DNA of 61,180 nucleotides from a virus (Duplodnaviria; Caudoviricetes): IMG/VR virus record IMGVR_UViG_3300043414_000203, positions 1 to 61,180 of that record; one strand, 5' to 3'. Shown piece by piece: positions 28,398 to 36,476 of this stretch (position 1 is its first letter; each line of letters starts with the position of its first letter). The notes under the pieces were generated by a model. It saw only the letters and a program-made list of their open reading frames with translations, ran no database searches and was not told where the DNA came from. The position numbers and the translations under genes were made by a program.

Positions 28398-29345
28398 TCA
28401 GTATCTTTCTATCAAACGCAGCAAGTCTTTTACTTCTTGATTGCTGTCAAACTGGGTTGCCGCATCAGATCGTATGAATTCATCTATGGCCTTTAGATAC
28501 TGGCAATAACGGGAATAACTCATACCCTTTAAGTACGCATACAGTTGTTTGTAGTTATCGAAATCCCGCATGTCGATAAAACAACTCTCTGGAATATGGT
28601 CTGCCACGTTCGGCGCGCCCCAGTAGATAGGAACGATGCCAGCCATGAAGCAATCCAATATCTTTTCTGATATATATCCCACCGCGTTATCACAGTTTTC
28701 ATACGTGATTGCAAACTTGTACTTGCTGTAAGTCTTTAACTTGTTACTTGATACCCCTTTACACACCGGAAAAGACTGGATTGGCCAGCCTCTGCCCCAC
28801 AGGTCAAACTCAAACATAGCGTTCTCTTGAAACCACATGATGGCTTCTATCCTTTTGGGATATAAGCTGTGAGTCTGGTCGCTGTTCTTAGCTGATTGCA
28901 TCAAGCAAAGTAACTTGCGGGCTTTGAATTCTTCCTCAGTTACGTAACACTGCAAACGGTCAGTCCAGTCAACTGTAAAGTTATGCTTTACATAGTGACC
29001 CCAATTAACCAAGTGGTCGTTCCATGTAAGCACCTTGTCGAATCTGTTGTGATACGTACTGTCCCAGTTGCTAGGCAAGATAGCTGGCGGTTCGTACAAG
29101 ATAAGAATCTTTTCCGCGTTCGGTACATTAAGATCAACTCGTGGCCTATCCATATAGATGGCTAGATCGACGGTAGATAGATCTACTTGGTCGGGTGTGT
29201 ACATCTCTATTCCTATGGCACTAGCCATTTTGTAAAGCTGTACCCACGGAAGTAACAGGTTATGGCCTATGTCACTGTTCTCGTTTTTGAACAGGTAGCC
29301 ATCTTCTGTGATGAACTCGTAGTGGTTTTTAATTACTACTCTCAT
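28398..29345 (-). CDS. Glycosyltransferase family 10-like (alpha-1,3-fucosyltransferase motif)
   Basis: YKFAITYEN...GYISEKILD...VPIYWGAPN. Confidence 0.85.
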   Translation of the reverse strand: MRVVIKNHYEFITEDGYLFKNENSDIGHNLLLPWVQLYKMASAIGIEMYTPDQVDLSTVDLAIYMDRPRVDLNVPNAEKILILYEPPAILPSNWDSTYHNRFDKVLTWNDHLVNWGHYVKHNFTVDWTDRLQCYVTEEEFKARKLLCLMQSAKNSDQTHSLYPKRIEAIMWFQENAMFEFDLWGRGWPIQSFPVCKGVSSNKLKTYSKYKFAITYENCDNAVGYISEKILDCFMAGIVPIYWGAPNVADHIPESCFIDMRDFDNYKQLYAYLKGMSYSRYCQYLKAIDEFIRSDAATQFDSNQEVKDLLRLIERY

Positions 29346-29539
29346 TACTCTCCCCTTATCTTTGCTGCCGCCTCCGGCAGACCAAGTTTTTCACAAATGA
29401 CTGCACATCTTTCTCGCTCTTGTTTCTCTATTACTTTTGCCAAGCTACGCATCAAATCCCAAGAAGCGGAGTCTGGGGCGTAGATAAGATCCAGTTCCTC
29501 CGCTACTTTGTTGACTGCTTCAAACAGTTTCCGGCTCAT
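29345..29539 (-). CDS. Hypothetical protein (ERERCA motif)
   Basis: Coupled ORF. Confidence 0.65.
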   Translation of the reverse strand: MSRKLFEAVNKVAEELDLIYAPDSASWDLMRSLAKVIEKQERERCAVICEKLGLPEAAAKIRGE

Positions 29540-29778
29540 CTAAAAAGCCAGTCAAACACCGCCCGCAAAACAGTCAGAGCTACACCTATAGCGGCGTAAA
29601 ACAAAACCATCCACATACCAACATCAACAGACGATAGATACTTCTCATTTATGCTCTGCCAGCGTTTCTGATACTCTACGGTTGGCTCGCTCCCCATAAC
29701 AGACGTATAGAACTGTGGGACATAGTGGGAACCAATCCTTGGTGGATCTTCTTTTATAAACTTACCGTCTCGTAACAT
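29536..29778 (-). CDS. Hypothetical membrane protein
   Basis: RBS AAGGAG before ATG 29778; C-terminal TM. Confidence 0.65.
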   Translation of the reverse strand: MLRDGKFIKEDPPRIGSHYVPQFYTSVMGSEPTVEYQKRWQSINEKYLSSVDVGMWMVLFYAAIGVALTVLRAVFDWLFR

Positions 29779-29813
29779 AGTTGTCTCCTTGAAAACACGG
29801 AATAAATAATTTA

Positions 29814-30098
29814 TCACATGTTTTCTAGCATCCCTTCTAACTGATCTATCAAGCGGTCGGATAGGCGCTGGTCTTCTATGCTGATCATCGATGCATGTGG
29901 ATCTTTGTGGATCACATCCATAGCGTCTCTAATCCCTTTGTTGTAGCCAGAGTTAAAGCTGTCGTTGCCTTCTAGGATCATGGTGATAGCGTCCCGTACT
30001 AGGCTCGATGCCTGGCGGGCTTTCGCCTTCTCCTTCAGCGCAAGATAGACTTCCTCAGACAGATGGACTGAGTATGGGATTAACCGTTTTGTTTCCAC
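29814..30098 (-). CDS. Putative ribbon-helix-helix DNA-binding protein
   Basis: GTG with AGGAG RBS; YSVHLSEEVY..L..SSLVRDAI. Confidence 0.55.
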   Translation of the reverse strand: METKRLIPYSVHLSEEVYLALKEKAKARQASSLVRDAITMILEGNDSFNSGYNKGIRDAMDVIHKDPHASMISIEDQRLSDRLIDQLEGMLENM

Positions 30099-30499
30099 GC
30101 CGTAAACTCCTGTTTTACGCCCAGCATTTTTTCCGTCGCCACTTGACTCTTCGCTATGTCGCTGCGGCTTTCTACTTTTAAATGATCCTTGAGCCATTCT
30201 GTTGCCTCCTTTTCTGATTTCTCGATGATCCCGCCAGCCTCGGATAAGAACTCCCAGAACTGTGGATCGCGGCACAGCATCCCAGAGATACGCACCATGT
30301 CTTTAGCTAACTCTTGCTCTCTGTTCATCGGGCGCTCTTCTTCATTCAACCGCACCATCACGGTCATGTACCTAGCGCCAACATAATCACGAGCAATCTC
30401 TTCAGGAATTTCATCTGGGTGTATGCGCAGGGTCAGGATGTAGCCGGAGTTATCCTGCTTCAGCCCTACCTTCACCGCTTCAAACTGGCTAGTCTCCAT
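30080..30499 (-). CDS. Hypothetical protein
   Basis: 139-aa ORF; LCRDPQFWEFL..VESRSDI. Confidence 0.7.
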   Translation of the reverse strand: METSQFEAVKVGLKQDNSGYILTLRIHPDEIPEEIARDYVGARYMTVMVRLNEEERPMNREQELAKDMVRISGMLCRDPQFWEFLSEAGGIIEKSEKEATEWLKDHLKVESRSDIAKSQVATEKMLGVKQEFTAWKQNG

Positions 30500-30626
30500 C
30501 TGTCACCTTCTTAATTAAAGTCCCGCAAATCTGGCAATGGTCATAAACACCTTCGCTTTTTTCTGGGTACTCAGTGCGAATTAAGTGTCCTGTTGTTTTG
30601 CACAGCCACATGAACAAGTTAATCAT
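30489..30626 (-). CDS. Small Cys/His zinc-binding protein (45 aa)
   Basis: Manual translation MINLFMWLCKTTGHL...CQICG; RBS GAGG; fills gap. Confidence 0.6.
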   Translation of the reverse strand: MINLFMWLCKTTGHLIRTEYPEKSEGVYDHCQICGTLIKKVTDGD

Positions 30627-30849
30627 CTGCCACCTCTATCAAATCCACATACTTCCCATCTTGGTAAACAAACCTGACGCCGATAAGTTTTTCTTTGTCA
30701 TCAAAGTAGCAGCAGAGCATGTGGTTATCTACCCATGGAACATTGCTGCGTAAACTATCTGAGTTTTTTATTGGCATCGGATAACTCGTTGTCCACTTGA
30801 CTCGCGGATGGTTTATTCGCTGGTAGTCATAAAGTTTTATGTCAGGCAT
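30619..30849 (-). CDS. Hypothetical protein
   Basis: Coupled ORF. Confidence 0.6.
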   Translation of the reverse strand: MPDIKLYDYQRINHPRVKWTTSYPMPIKNSDSLRSNVPWVDNHMLCCYFDDKEKLIGVRFVYQDGKYVDLIEVADD

Positions 30850-31169
30850 TAACTTATATCCTCCACCCTAATTGCATACCTGCCGTTAGCCCGCTTAGTC
30901 CAGCCATGCACTTCGATCCTGATACCCGCATCCCGCACCAGCGCCACCGTTTCTGATTCCTGAATCTTCCGTATCCGTTTAGCTACGTCTGCTGCTGTCA
31001 CCTGCACAGCCAGCACTTCACCTTTACGGATAGCCAAGATATCGCACCATGTCCAAAGGTCTTTGCGCTGCTTCGTCCAAGCGTTCCACTTCTCTACTAC
31101 TTCACAGTGGTAGCCCTGCTCCCGTAGGTATTCAAGGCTGCGCTGGGTGGGGGATCGACTGGCTGCCAT
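30849..31169 (-). CDS. Small PD-(D/E)xK-like nuclease / resolvase
   Basis: SLEYLREQGY..DILAI..LAVQVT. Confidence 0.65.
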   Translation of the reverse strand: MAASRSPTQRSLEYLREQGYHCEVVEKWNAWTKQRKDLWTWCDILAIRKGEVLAVQVTAADVAKRIRKIQESETVALVRDAGIRIEVHGWTKRANGRYAIRVEDIS

Positions 31170-31471
31170 CAGAATGGAAGATCTTCCAGGCCAGTCATGC
31201 CATCAAGTAATGGCGGTGATCTAGCAGGTGCCGGAGCAATGACCGGCTCTTCCTTCTTCCATGTGTTGACACTTACCCGTATCCATGGCCCGTAGTTACC
31301 TTCCATGTTCCAGCCAGACAACTTCACAGGGATATCATCCTGATCTGTTTCATCTAGCAATTTACGAAGAAGCTGACGCTCAAACACAACCTCGCCATAG
31401 AAATCAGGACTCTTCTCGTTGACTTTGTTTTTGCTGTAGTTCAGCTTTCCACTGTTTGGATACTTATTCAT
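31169..31471 (-). CDS. Putative ssDNA-binding protein
   Basis: KSPDFYG, LSGW, C-terminal DLPF tail; next to erf. Confidence 0.6.
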   Translation of the reverse strand: MNKYPNSGKLNYSKNKVNEKSPDFYGEVVFERQLLRKLLDETDQDDIPVKLSGWNMEGNYGPWIRVSVNTWKKEEPVIAPAPARSPPLLDGMTGLEDLPF

Positions 31472-32150
31472 CGAAAGACTCCTTATAAGTTTTGAATGTC
31501 TTTGTCAGCTCTGGATAAGCCACGCTGTCACGCTGCTCTACTATCTTGTAGATGTTGGCGTTCGTGCGCCAGACAGTCATCACATCTTCTTTGTTCTGAG
31601 CCATGTCCAACGCGAAGACGGTTCCTTGTACAACAACGGATAGCCAGTCATTCCAATCTGTATCTGGATCGGTTGTAACTTTGATCCTCCACTGACTGTC
31701 CTTACCTTCCACAGCCTTAGGCGGCTGAGCTTCAATAACTTTTGGCGTCGGCTTCGGTGGCGCTGCCATCGGCGCAGTCCTTGTTGCTTGGTTGCCATCA
31801 TCATCCTCCGTCGCGAGAGAGCAGGCTGCCATCAGCGAATACCTTCTTGCATAGCTCAAAGCACTCCCGTAGCCCTGCGCGTCCTGCTTGATCGCCGGCA
31901 TAAACAAGCTGCCAGCCGACAGTTGTTCACCTGACTCGTGAATAAAAGTAGTAGATACCTTCACACCACCTTCGTGTTCCTCGGTTAACTGCATCAAGTA
32001 GATGCCTTGATTGTTTAGCGCAGTAATCACCGCCTCAATACACGCCGACAGATCCGCATACTTGCTGCGGAAGTGTGGGTTGGTACTAGACTTCAGGGCT
32101 GGGCCAAACTCTCGCTGCGCCTTTACTAGCGCGGATGCTATTTCTTTCAT
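31464..32150 (-). CDS. erf: ERF-family single-strand annealing protein
   Basis: NPHFRSKYADL, QGYGSALSYARRYSL, EDDDGN. Confidence 0.9.
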   Translation of the reverse strand: MKEIASALVKAQREFGPALKSSTNPHFRSKYADLSACIEAVITALNNQGIYLMQLTEEHEGGVKVSTTFIHESGEQLSAGSLFMPAIKQDAQGYGSALSYARRYSLMAACSLATEDDDGNQATRTAPMAAPPKPTPKVIEAQPPKAVEGKDSQWRIKVTTDPDTDWNDWLSVVVQGTVFALDMAQNKEDVMTVWRTNANIYKIVEQRDSVAYPELTKTFKTYKESFDE

Positions 32151-32305
32151 GCTGTTTCCTTAAGTGGTCTTCCTACTTTTTTGCGCGGTGTGCCATCTTT
32201 TCTCAATCCATACGGCGCTTCTTTGTGTTTCTTTACTCCCATAGCTTTTGCTATAGCCATGAGTTGTTCTGGAGTGGCATCAGTAATGTGGATATCAATC
32301 TTCAT
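32147..32305 (-). CDS. Small basic protein with AT-hook-like GRP motif (52 aa)
   Basis: Manual translation ...APYGLRKDGTPRKKVGRP; RBS AGGAGG. Confidence 0.7.
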   Translation of the reverse strand: MKIDIHITDATPEQLMAIAKAMGVKKHKEAPYGLRKDGTPRKKVGRPLKETA

Positions 32306-32314
32306 GGCATCCTC

Positions 32315-32461
32315 CTAGTAACAGTTAGTTGTACAGCTACTGCCGTAGCAGCATGTAGTACAGCTAGTGCAATGGCCTTGATTACAGTAAGTGTTGTATG
32401 TGCATGATGCGTAAGCCATAGATGCTGCGCTGATTGCCCAAGCGGCGATTAAATATTTCAT
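32315..32461 (-). CDS. Secreted cysteine-rich mini-peptide (48 aa, 8 Cys)
   Basis: Manual translation MKYLIAAWAISAASMAYA-SCTYNTYCNQGHCTSCTTCCYGSSCTTNCY*; ATGA overlap with upstream gene; RBS AAGGAG. Confidence 0.8.
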   Translation of the reverse strand: MKYLIAAWAISAASMAYASCTYNTYCNQGHCTSCTTCCYGSSCTTNCY

Positions 32462-33330
32462 GACTTCTCCTTCAAGTAGGTTTGGTATTGATTACAGAAT
32501 GGCGCCGCTTGACAGAAGCTATCGCACCTAGTCCTGCCGCCTTCTCTGGTTTCTATGTAATGTGATTCTTTTTGTTGTCCCGCAAATACTGCTGCGTCTT
32601 CTTTGATCTCGAAGACTTTCTTCGCCCGCTTGCCACCTTCTTTCATAACAGCATAAGTGGTCTTCTTCTCCCACATTTCCTCTGACGTACACTCAGGCAT
32701 CAGGCCAGAGACTGCTGCGAAGTTAGCCTCGTTGTGCAGAGTAAGTCGCTGCTTAACAAACGTCTCACGGTCTTCTTGAGACCACAGTGGTATATCTAAG
32801 GTAACGATAGGAGCCTGTGGGTATGTTTCTTTCAGAGCTGCTTCTCTGCGCGACCAATCCCGCACGATGCCAATGACCTGTAGGCCAGATACTGTTTCGC
32901 CTTTAACGCGCTCAACTAGCCATGCGTACAGGTTTAACTGGTCTATCCACTCCTGCTTCTCTTGCTGCACAGTCCAAGCTGATGTAACTTTGTAGTCGGC
33001 AATAAGTACCTTGCCATCTATCATTTCTTGCAAATCTATAGCACCAGAAATAGACCAGCCTTCGAACGTAGTGAACAGGCGTTCTTCTACAATGTGGTGG
33101 TCATCCTTGCCATGTTCTAATATGTTGTGGACTGCGGATCCAAACAACGACCAGACCATATCAGCAGCATCCTGCTCGATATCTTCTTGATGTTGTCTGC
33201 GAAGTAGTACAAGTTGAGGTGGCGACAGGATCTCGGTTACACTGATTTCACTGTTACCCTTGCTGTACTGAGGTCGTTTGATGACGTTAACAAACGTCTC
33301 CGGCAAATTGAATTTGTTGGTTAGTTTCAT
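32458..33330 (-). CDS. PD-(D/E)xK (Cas4/RecB-like) exonuclease
   Basis: GSAVH, ISGAIDL, IADYKVT, QLNLY, C-terminal RC..FC..FC. Confidence 0.8.
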   Translation of the reverse strand: MKLTNKFNLPETFVNVIKRPQYSKGNSEISVTEILSPPQLVLLRRQHQEDIEQDAADMVWSLFGSAVHNILEHGKDDHHIVEERLFTTFEGWSISGAIDLQEMIDGKVLIADYKVTSAWTVQQEKQEWIDQLNLYAWLVERVKGETVSGLQVIGIVRDWSRREAALKETYPQAPIVTLDIPLWSQEDRETFVKQRLTLHNEANFAAVSGLMPECTSEEMWEKKTTYAVMKEGGKRAKKVFEIKEDAAVFAGQQKESHYIETREGGRTRCDSFCQAAPFCNQYQTYLKEKS

Positions 33331-33354
33331 TACACCCTCCCTAGATGTAGTATG

Positions 33355-33383
33355 ATACTAACCCTACATTTAGGACGAGTCAA
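33355..33383 (-). promoter_or_regulatory. Sigma70-type promoter for leftward recombination/sugar operon
   Basis: TTGACT-N17-TAGTAT on minus strand, overlapped by inverted repeat 33341..33373. Confidence 0.65.
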
Positions 33384-33423
33384 TAGGTATTCCAAATATT
33401 TTTTACCTGTTGCATCAACGTGC

Positions 33424-33444
33424 TACTGTAAGTTCTTTCAGTAA
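33424..33444. promoter_or_regulatory. SOS-box-like operator, copy A
   Basis: TACTGTAAGTTCTTTCAGTAA; 20/21 identical to 46992..47012. Confidence 0.65.
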
Positions 33445-33458
33445 CCACTTGACAACAT

Positions 33459-33487
33459 TTGCAAATAAGTTTTAGGGGTGGTATTGT
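33459..33487 (+). promoter_or_regulatory. Sigma70-type promoter for candidate sRNA
   Basis: TTGCAA-N17-TATTGT with extended -10 TGn. Confidence 0.55.
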
Positions 33488-33491
33488 TGAT

Positions 33492-33608
33492 GCGGGAAAG
33501 CCTGCCAACACTCTCCTTAAGTTGTGATCTCCTTCTTGGTGGGCGAGTACCTCTCGCTTGAGTCTTAAGGGAAGACTCTTTTACCCCGCTTCGGTGGGGT
33601 ATTTTTTT
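33492..33608 (+). ncRNA. Candidate anti-Shine-Dalgarno small RNA (~115 nt)
   Basis: Promoter, 5' hairpin, two CTCCT motifs, two further hairpins, terminator; no credible ORF. Confidence 0.6.
33582..33608 (+). terminator. Rho-independent terminator
   Basis: TACCCCGC-TTCG-GTGGGGTA followed by T7. Confidence 0.85.
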
Positions 33609-33671
33609 ATTTGAAATTAAGAGGTAATATAATTGTGTCAACGTAGTTTGTCTCTACTACCGTGACATATT

Positions 33672-34628
33672 ATGTTCTCATCAGATGAAGAATTTATAGC
33701 GGCGTGGAATAAAAGCCCAAGTGTTAGCGGATGCGCTGACCGCCTCGGTGTTACTGAGCGCAACGCTGCCAGACGGCGAAGAATTATAGAAAAACGACAC
33801 GGCATAATATTAAAAAGCGCCAGTCAAAAAAGCCCAGACTACAAAATCACCATCCCGCAAGACAATATCCGCGTTACCAGTTCCATAGAAAATGGCGTCA
33901 TTATGGTTGGTAGTGATTGCCACTACTGGCCTGGAATAGTTTCCACAGCTCACCGAGCATTTGTTTTTGTTGCCAAAGCTCTCTTGCCGACGGCTGTAAT
34001 TTTAAATGGCGATGTATTTGACGGAGCAAGCATCAGCAGGCATCCACCAGGCGGGACATGGGAAGCCGTGCCATCGGTTAAGCAAGAGTTAGACGCCTGC
34101 CAAGCGCGGGTATCAGAGATAGAAGACGCCTCTCCTAAATCAAAAATGCACTACGTCTGGGGAAATCACGACCTCCGATACAATGCTAGGCTGGCTGCCC
34201 AAGTAGGGGATGGATTTAAGGATATTAAAGGAATGAACCTTACGGATCACTTCCCCAAATGGTTGTTCTCGATGTCGGTCATGGTAAATAATAACACCAT
34301 GATTAAGCATAGATATCATAATGGCATTCATGCTGTGCATAATAATTTGCTGAAATCAGGGGTTAGCTTTGTAAGTGGTCACTTACATTCATTAAAAACT
34401 GTTCCCTACACCGATTATAATGGGACGAGATATGGGGTCGATACCGGGTCATTGGCGGATGTGTGTGGTCAACAGTTTACGTACTCAGAAGATAATCCCA
34501 AGAACCACCGCTCAGGTTTTGCTGTTTTGACATTTTATAAAGGAATGTTACTACCTCCAGAATTGTGTGAAGTTTTAGATGAAGATGCGGGCATTGTATA
34601 TTTCCGTGGCAGCGTCTTTGAAGTGTAA
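33672..34628 (+). CDS. Calcineurin-like metallophosphoesterase with N-terminal HTH-like region
   Basis: SDCH, NGDVFD, GNHD, GHLH motifs. Confidence 0.85.
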   Translation: MFSSDEEFIAAWNKSPSVSGCADRLGVTERNAARRRRIIEKRHGIILKSASQKSPDYKITIPQDNIRVTSSIENGVIMVGSDCHYWPGIVSTAHRAFVFVAKALLPTAVILNGDVFDGASISRHPPGGTWEAVPSVKQELDACQARVSEIEDASPKSKMHYVWGNHDLRYNARLAAQVGDGFKDIKGMNLTDHFPKWLFSMSVMVNNNTMIKHRYHNGIHAVHNNLLKSGVSFVSGHLHSLKTVPYTDYNGTRYGVDTGSLADVCGQQFTYSEDNPKNHRSGFAVLTFYKGMLLPPELCEVLDEDAGIVYFRGSVFEV

Positions 34629-34686
34629 TTTTAGGGGATTAGAATAATCTTGCAGCCAGTTGGTTGTGTTATTTTTGGGGGCAGAA

Positions 34687-34905
34687 ATGGCTATTACTAT
34701 TTACACCGCAGGTTCTATCCTGGTTATTGATGGTGAGTACGAGATCGAAGAAGAGTTGGATTTGGAAGAAGAGTTTGAAGTTGATGAAGATGAGATCGAG
34801 TACGATGCTGACGGTACTGCATGGTATTTTGATGAAGATGAAGAAGTGTACTACTATTTTGACGAAGATGAAGATGCTTGGGTAGAGTGCGACGAATCTT
34901 TGTAA
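34687..34905 (+). CDS. Extremely acidic small protein (72 aa)
   Basis: ~31 D/E, no K/R; ends just before a terminator. Confidence 0.7.
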   Translation: MAITIYTAGSILVIDGEYEIEEELDLEEEFEVDEDEIEYDADGTAWYFDEDEEVYYYFDEDEDAWVECDESL

Positions 34906-34910
34906 TATGA

Positions 34911-34934
34911 TGGGGGCTTCGGCCCCCGTTTTTT
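34911..34934 (+). terminator. Rho-independent terminator
   Basis: GGGGGC-TTCG-GCCCCC then T6. Confidence 0.85.
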
Positions 34935-34994
34935 ACTGTGCATTAAATATGTTTTTATGCAGACAGATGTGTTTTTATGCAAATAGGAGTGTCT

Positions 34995-35198
34995 ATGAAC
35001 GATTTTATGCAAAAACAAATTGACGCTTCTGAGCGTTTATATAACATGATGCTTGCTGATCATAAGCAGCGGTTTGAAAAAATTGCAGATGCTTACGCTT
35101 TAAGTGAAAGCTTGCAGAAAAAAATAAACGAACGCAATGAAGAGATAGCAAATCTGCGCCGCCAATTACAGGTATACGAAGCAATAGAAAAAATTTAA
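34995..35198 (+). CDS. Small coiled-coil protein
   Basis: RBS AGGAG before ATG 34995. Confidence 0.65.
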   Translation: MNDFMQKQIDASERLYNMMLADHKQRFEKIADAYALSESLQKKINERNEEIANLRRQLQVYEAIEKI

Positions 35199-35373
35199 TG
35201 TTGTACCAGCCAGATTTAATAGCAGAACTACGAGACATAGCAATCCTGTATCATTCCAGCAGTATGTTGTCATATAAGTTACAAGAAGTATTAGATAAAC
35301 ACATTCCGCATTTAGGTGAAACTTGCATGGAACGGGGTTGTGTGGATTATTCTTTAGATACATAAAATTGTTC

Positions 35374-35402
35374 TTGAAAAAAACTGGGACTTGTCCTAAT
35401 AT
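35374..35402 (+). promoter_or_regulatory. Sigma70-type promoter upstream of structured region
   Basis: TTGAAA-N17-TAATAT. Confidence 0.55.
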
Positions 35403-35406
35403 CTGC

Positions 35407-35790
35407 TTGTCACTGTGACGGCAGAGACAAACTACCAAGCCCATAAGCTTTGGTTCTTTACCCGAAAGGGCGTGCCGTCACACGAAGAGCCAAACCTTAT
35501 GGGTTTTTCTATTTCCGGTGACCGTACCTTTCCACGATAGTAGTGAGCCTGCATGGGCTGCCGGAAGAAGAAACACTGGTCGAGGTTTCACCTGCCTACG
35601 AACCACGCTACCTGTCGATGAGGGATAGCACAAGAGGGGGAGGCCAGTGGTGATAGACATCTTCCCCATCGAGATAATCATCGCCTTACGGGTTTGCTAG
35701 GATTCAGCAGTAAGAATCTGGGCATGGAGTGATAGTTCCCTAATCGCATGCTGCGCACTTAGGGGTGGGCTATCACCCATGGGGAACCTA
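35407..35790 (+). ncRNA. Candidate large structured RNA (pseudoknot plus long hairpins)
   Basis: Several long complementary segments and no credible ORF; see findings. Confidence 0.55.
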
Positions 35791-35833
35791 GAAGCTGATG
35801 ATGCAATAGATGGGATGAGACAGGAACTAACTG

Positions 35834-35862
35834 TTGACATGGAATAAATCTGGTAGTAATGT
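35834..35862 (+). promoter_or_regulatory. Sigma70-type promoter for rightward replication operon
   Basis: TTGACA-N17-TAATGT. Confidence 0.7.
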
Positions 35863-35886
35863 AACCCTATATCTAGGGAGGGGGAG

Positions 35887-36309
35887 ATGGATAAACAGAG
35901 AATCTACGACGCGATGTTGATTAAAGCTTTCAGAGCTGACAAGACTGTAGGGATGTTGTGGTATTGGCTGAAGGTCTACAAGATGGATATTCCAGAAGAA
36001 GGTTTAAAGCGCCAGCCACCACGAATTCCTATGCGGGTACAGGTATTTGTTGGTTCATTTCTGAAACCGTTAGCGGATAGGTTGTGGGATACGGATAAGA
36101 CGCACGATATAAAGACGTTGGACTGGATGACAAACTTAGAGTGCCAAGCGACAGACAGGATAAGTCAAAACGAAAGAAAACTTCTTATGAAAAAGAGTCG
36201 AGTGGATCGTGCAAGGGGTGGGTTTATTGGTGAAAAGATTGACGCACAGAGAGCAAACAACCAGTGGGGCGTAACTAAAACTAATATAAAACTTAGGAGA
36301 ATGAAATGA
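35887..36309 (+). CDS. Hypothetical protein
   Basis: RBS GGAGG; first gene after promoter. Confidence 0.65.
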   Translation: MDKQRIYDAMLIKAFRADKTVGMLWYWLKVYKMDIPEEGLKRQPPRIPMRVQVFVGSFLKPLADRLWDTDKTHDIKTLDWMTNLECQATDRISQNERKLLMKKSRVDRARGGFIGEKIDAQRANNQWGVTKTNIKLRRMK

Positions 36310-36476
36310 AAGAAGGAGAGTGGATCAAGGATCATCTGCGGGATTTTGCAGATCGGCTAGAGCAGTCGGTAGTAGAGCGGGAGCGTGAGCGGGCAGTAGT
36401 TATATGCCATGCCATGAGGGATGTGGAGTATTCAGCTATGGAAATAGCAGAGAAAATAATGGGGAGAACACAATGA
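36306..36476 (+). CDS. Hypothetical protein (56 aa)
   Basis: Manual translation MKEGEWIKDHL...; ATGA overlaps at both ends; RBS AGGAG. Confidence 0.65.
   Translation: MKEGEWIKDHLRDFADRLEQSVVERERERAVVICHAMRDVEYSAMEIAEKIMGRTQ

Noticed and set aside
32135-32407. Plus-strand 90-aa ORF
   Set aside because: Antisense shadow of two minus-strand genes with good RBSs
32458-33330. Cas4-like nuclease as a CRISPR adaptation gene
   Set aside because: Sits with erf and SSB in a standard recombination module
35005-35681. Minus-strand ORFs at 35005, 35166 and 35478
   Set aside because: No convincing RBS or protein-like features; region better explained by promoters and RNA structure
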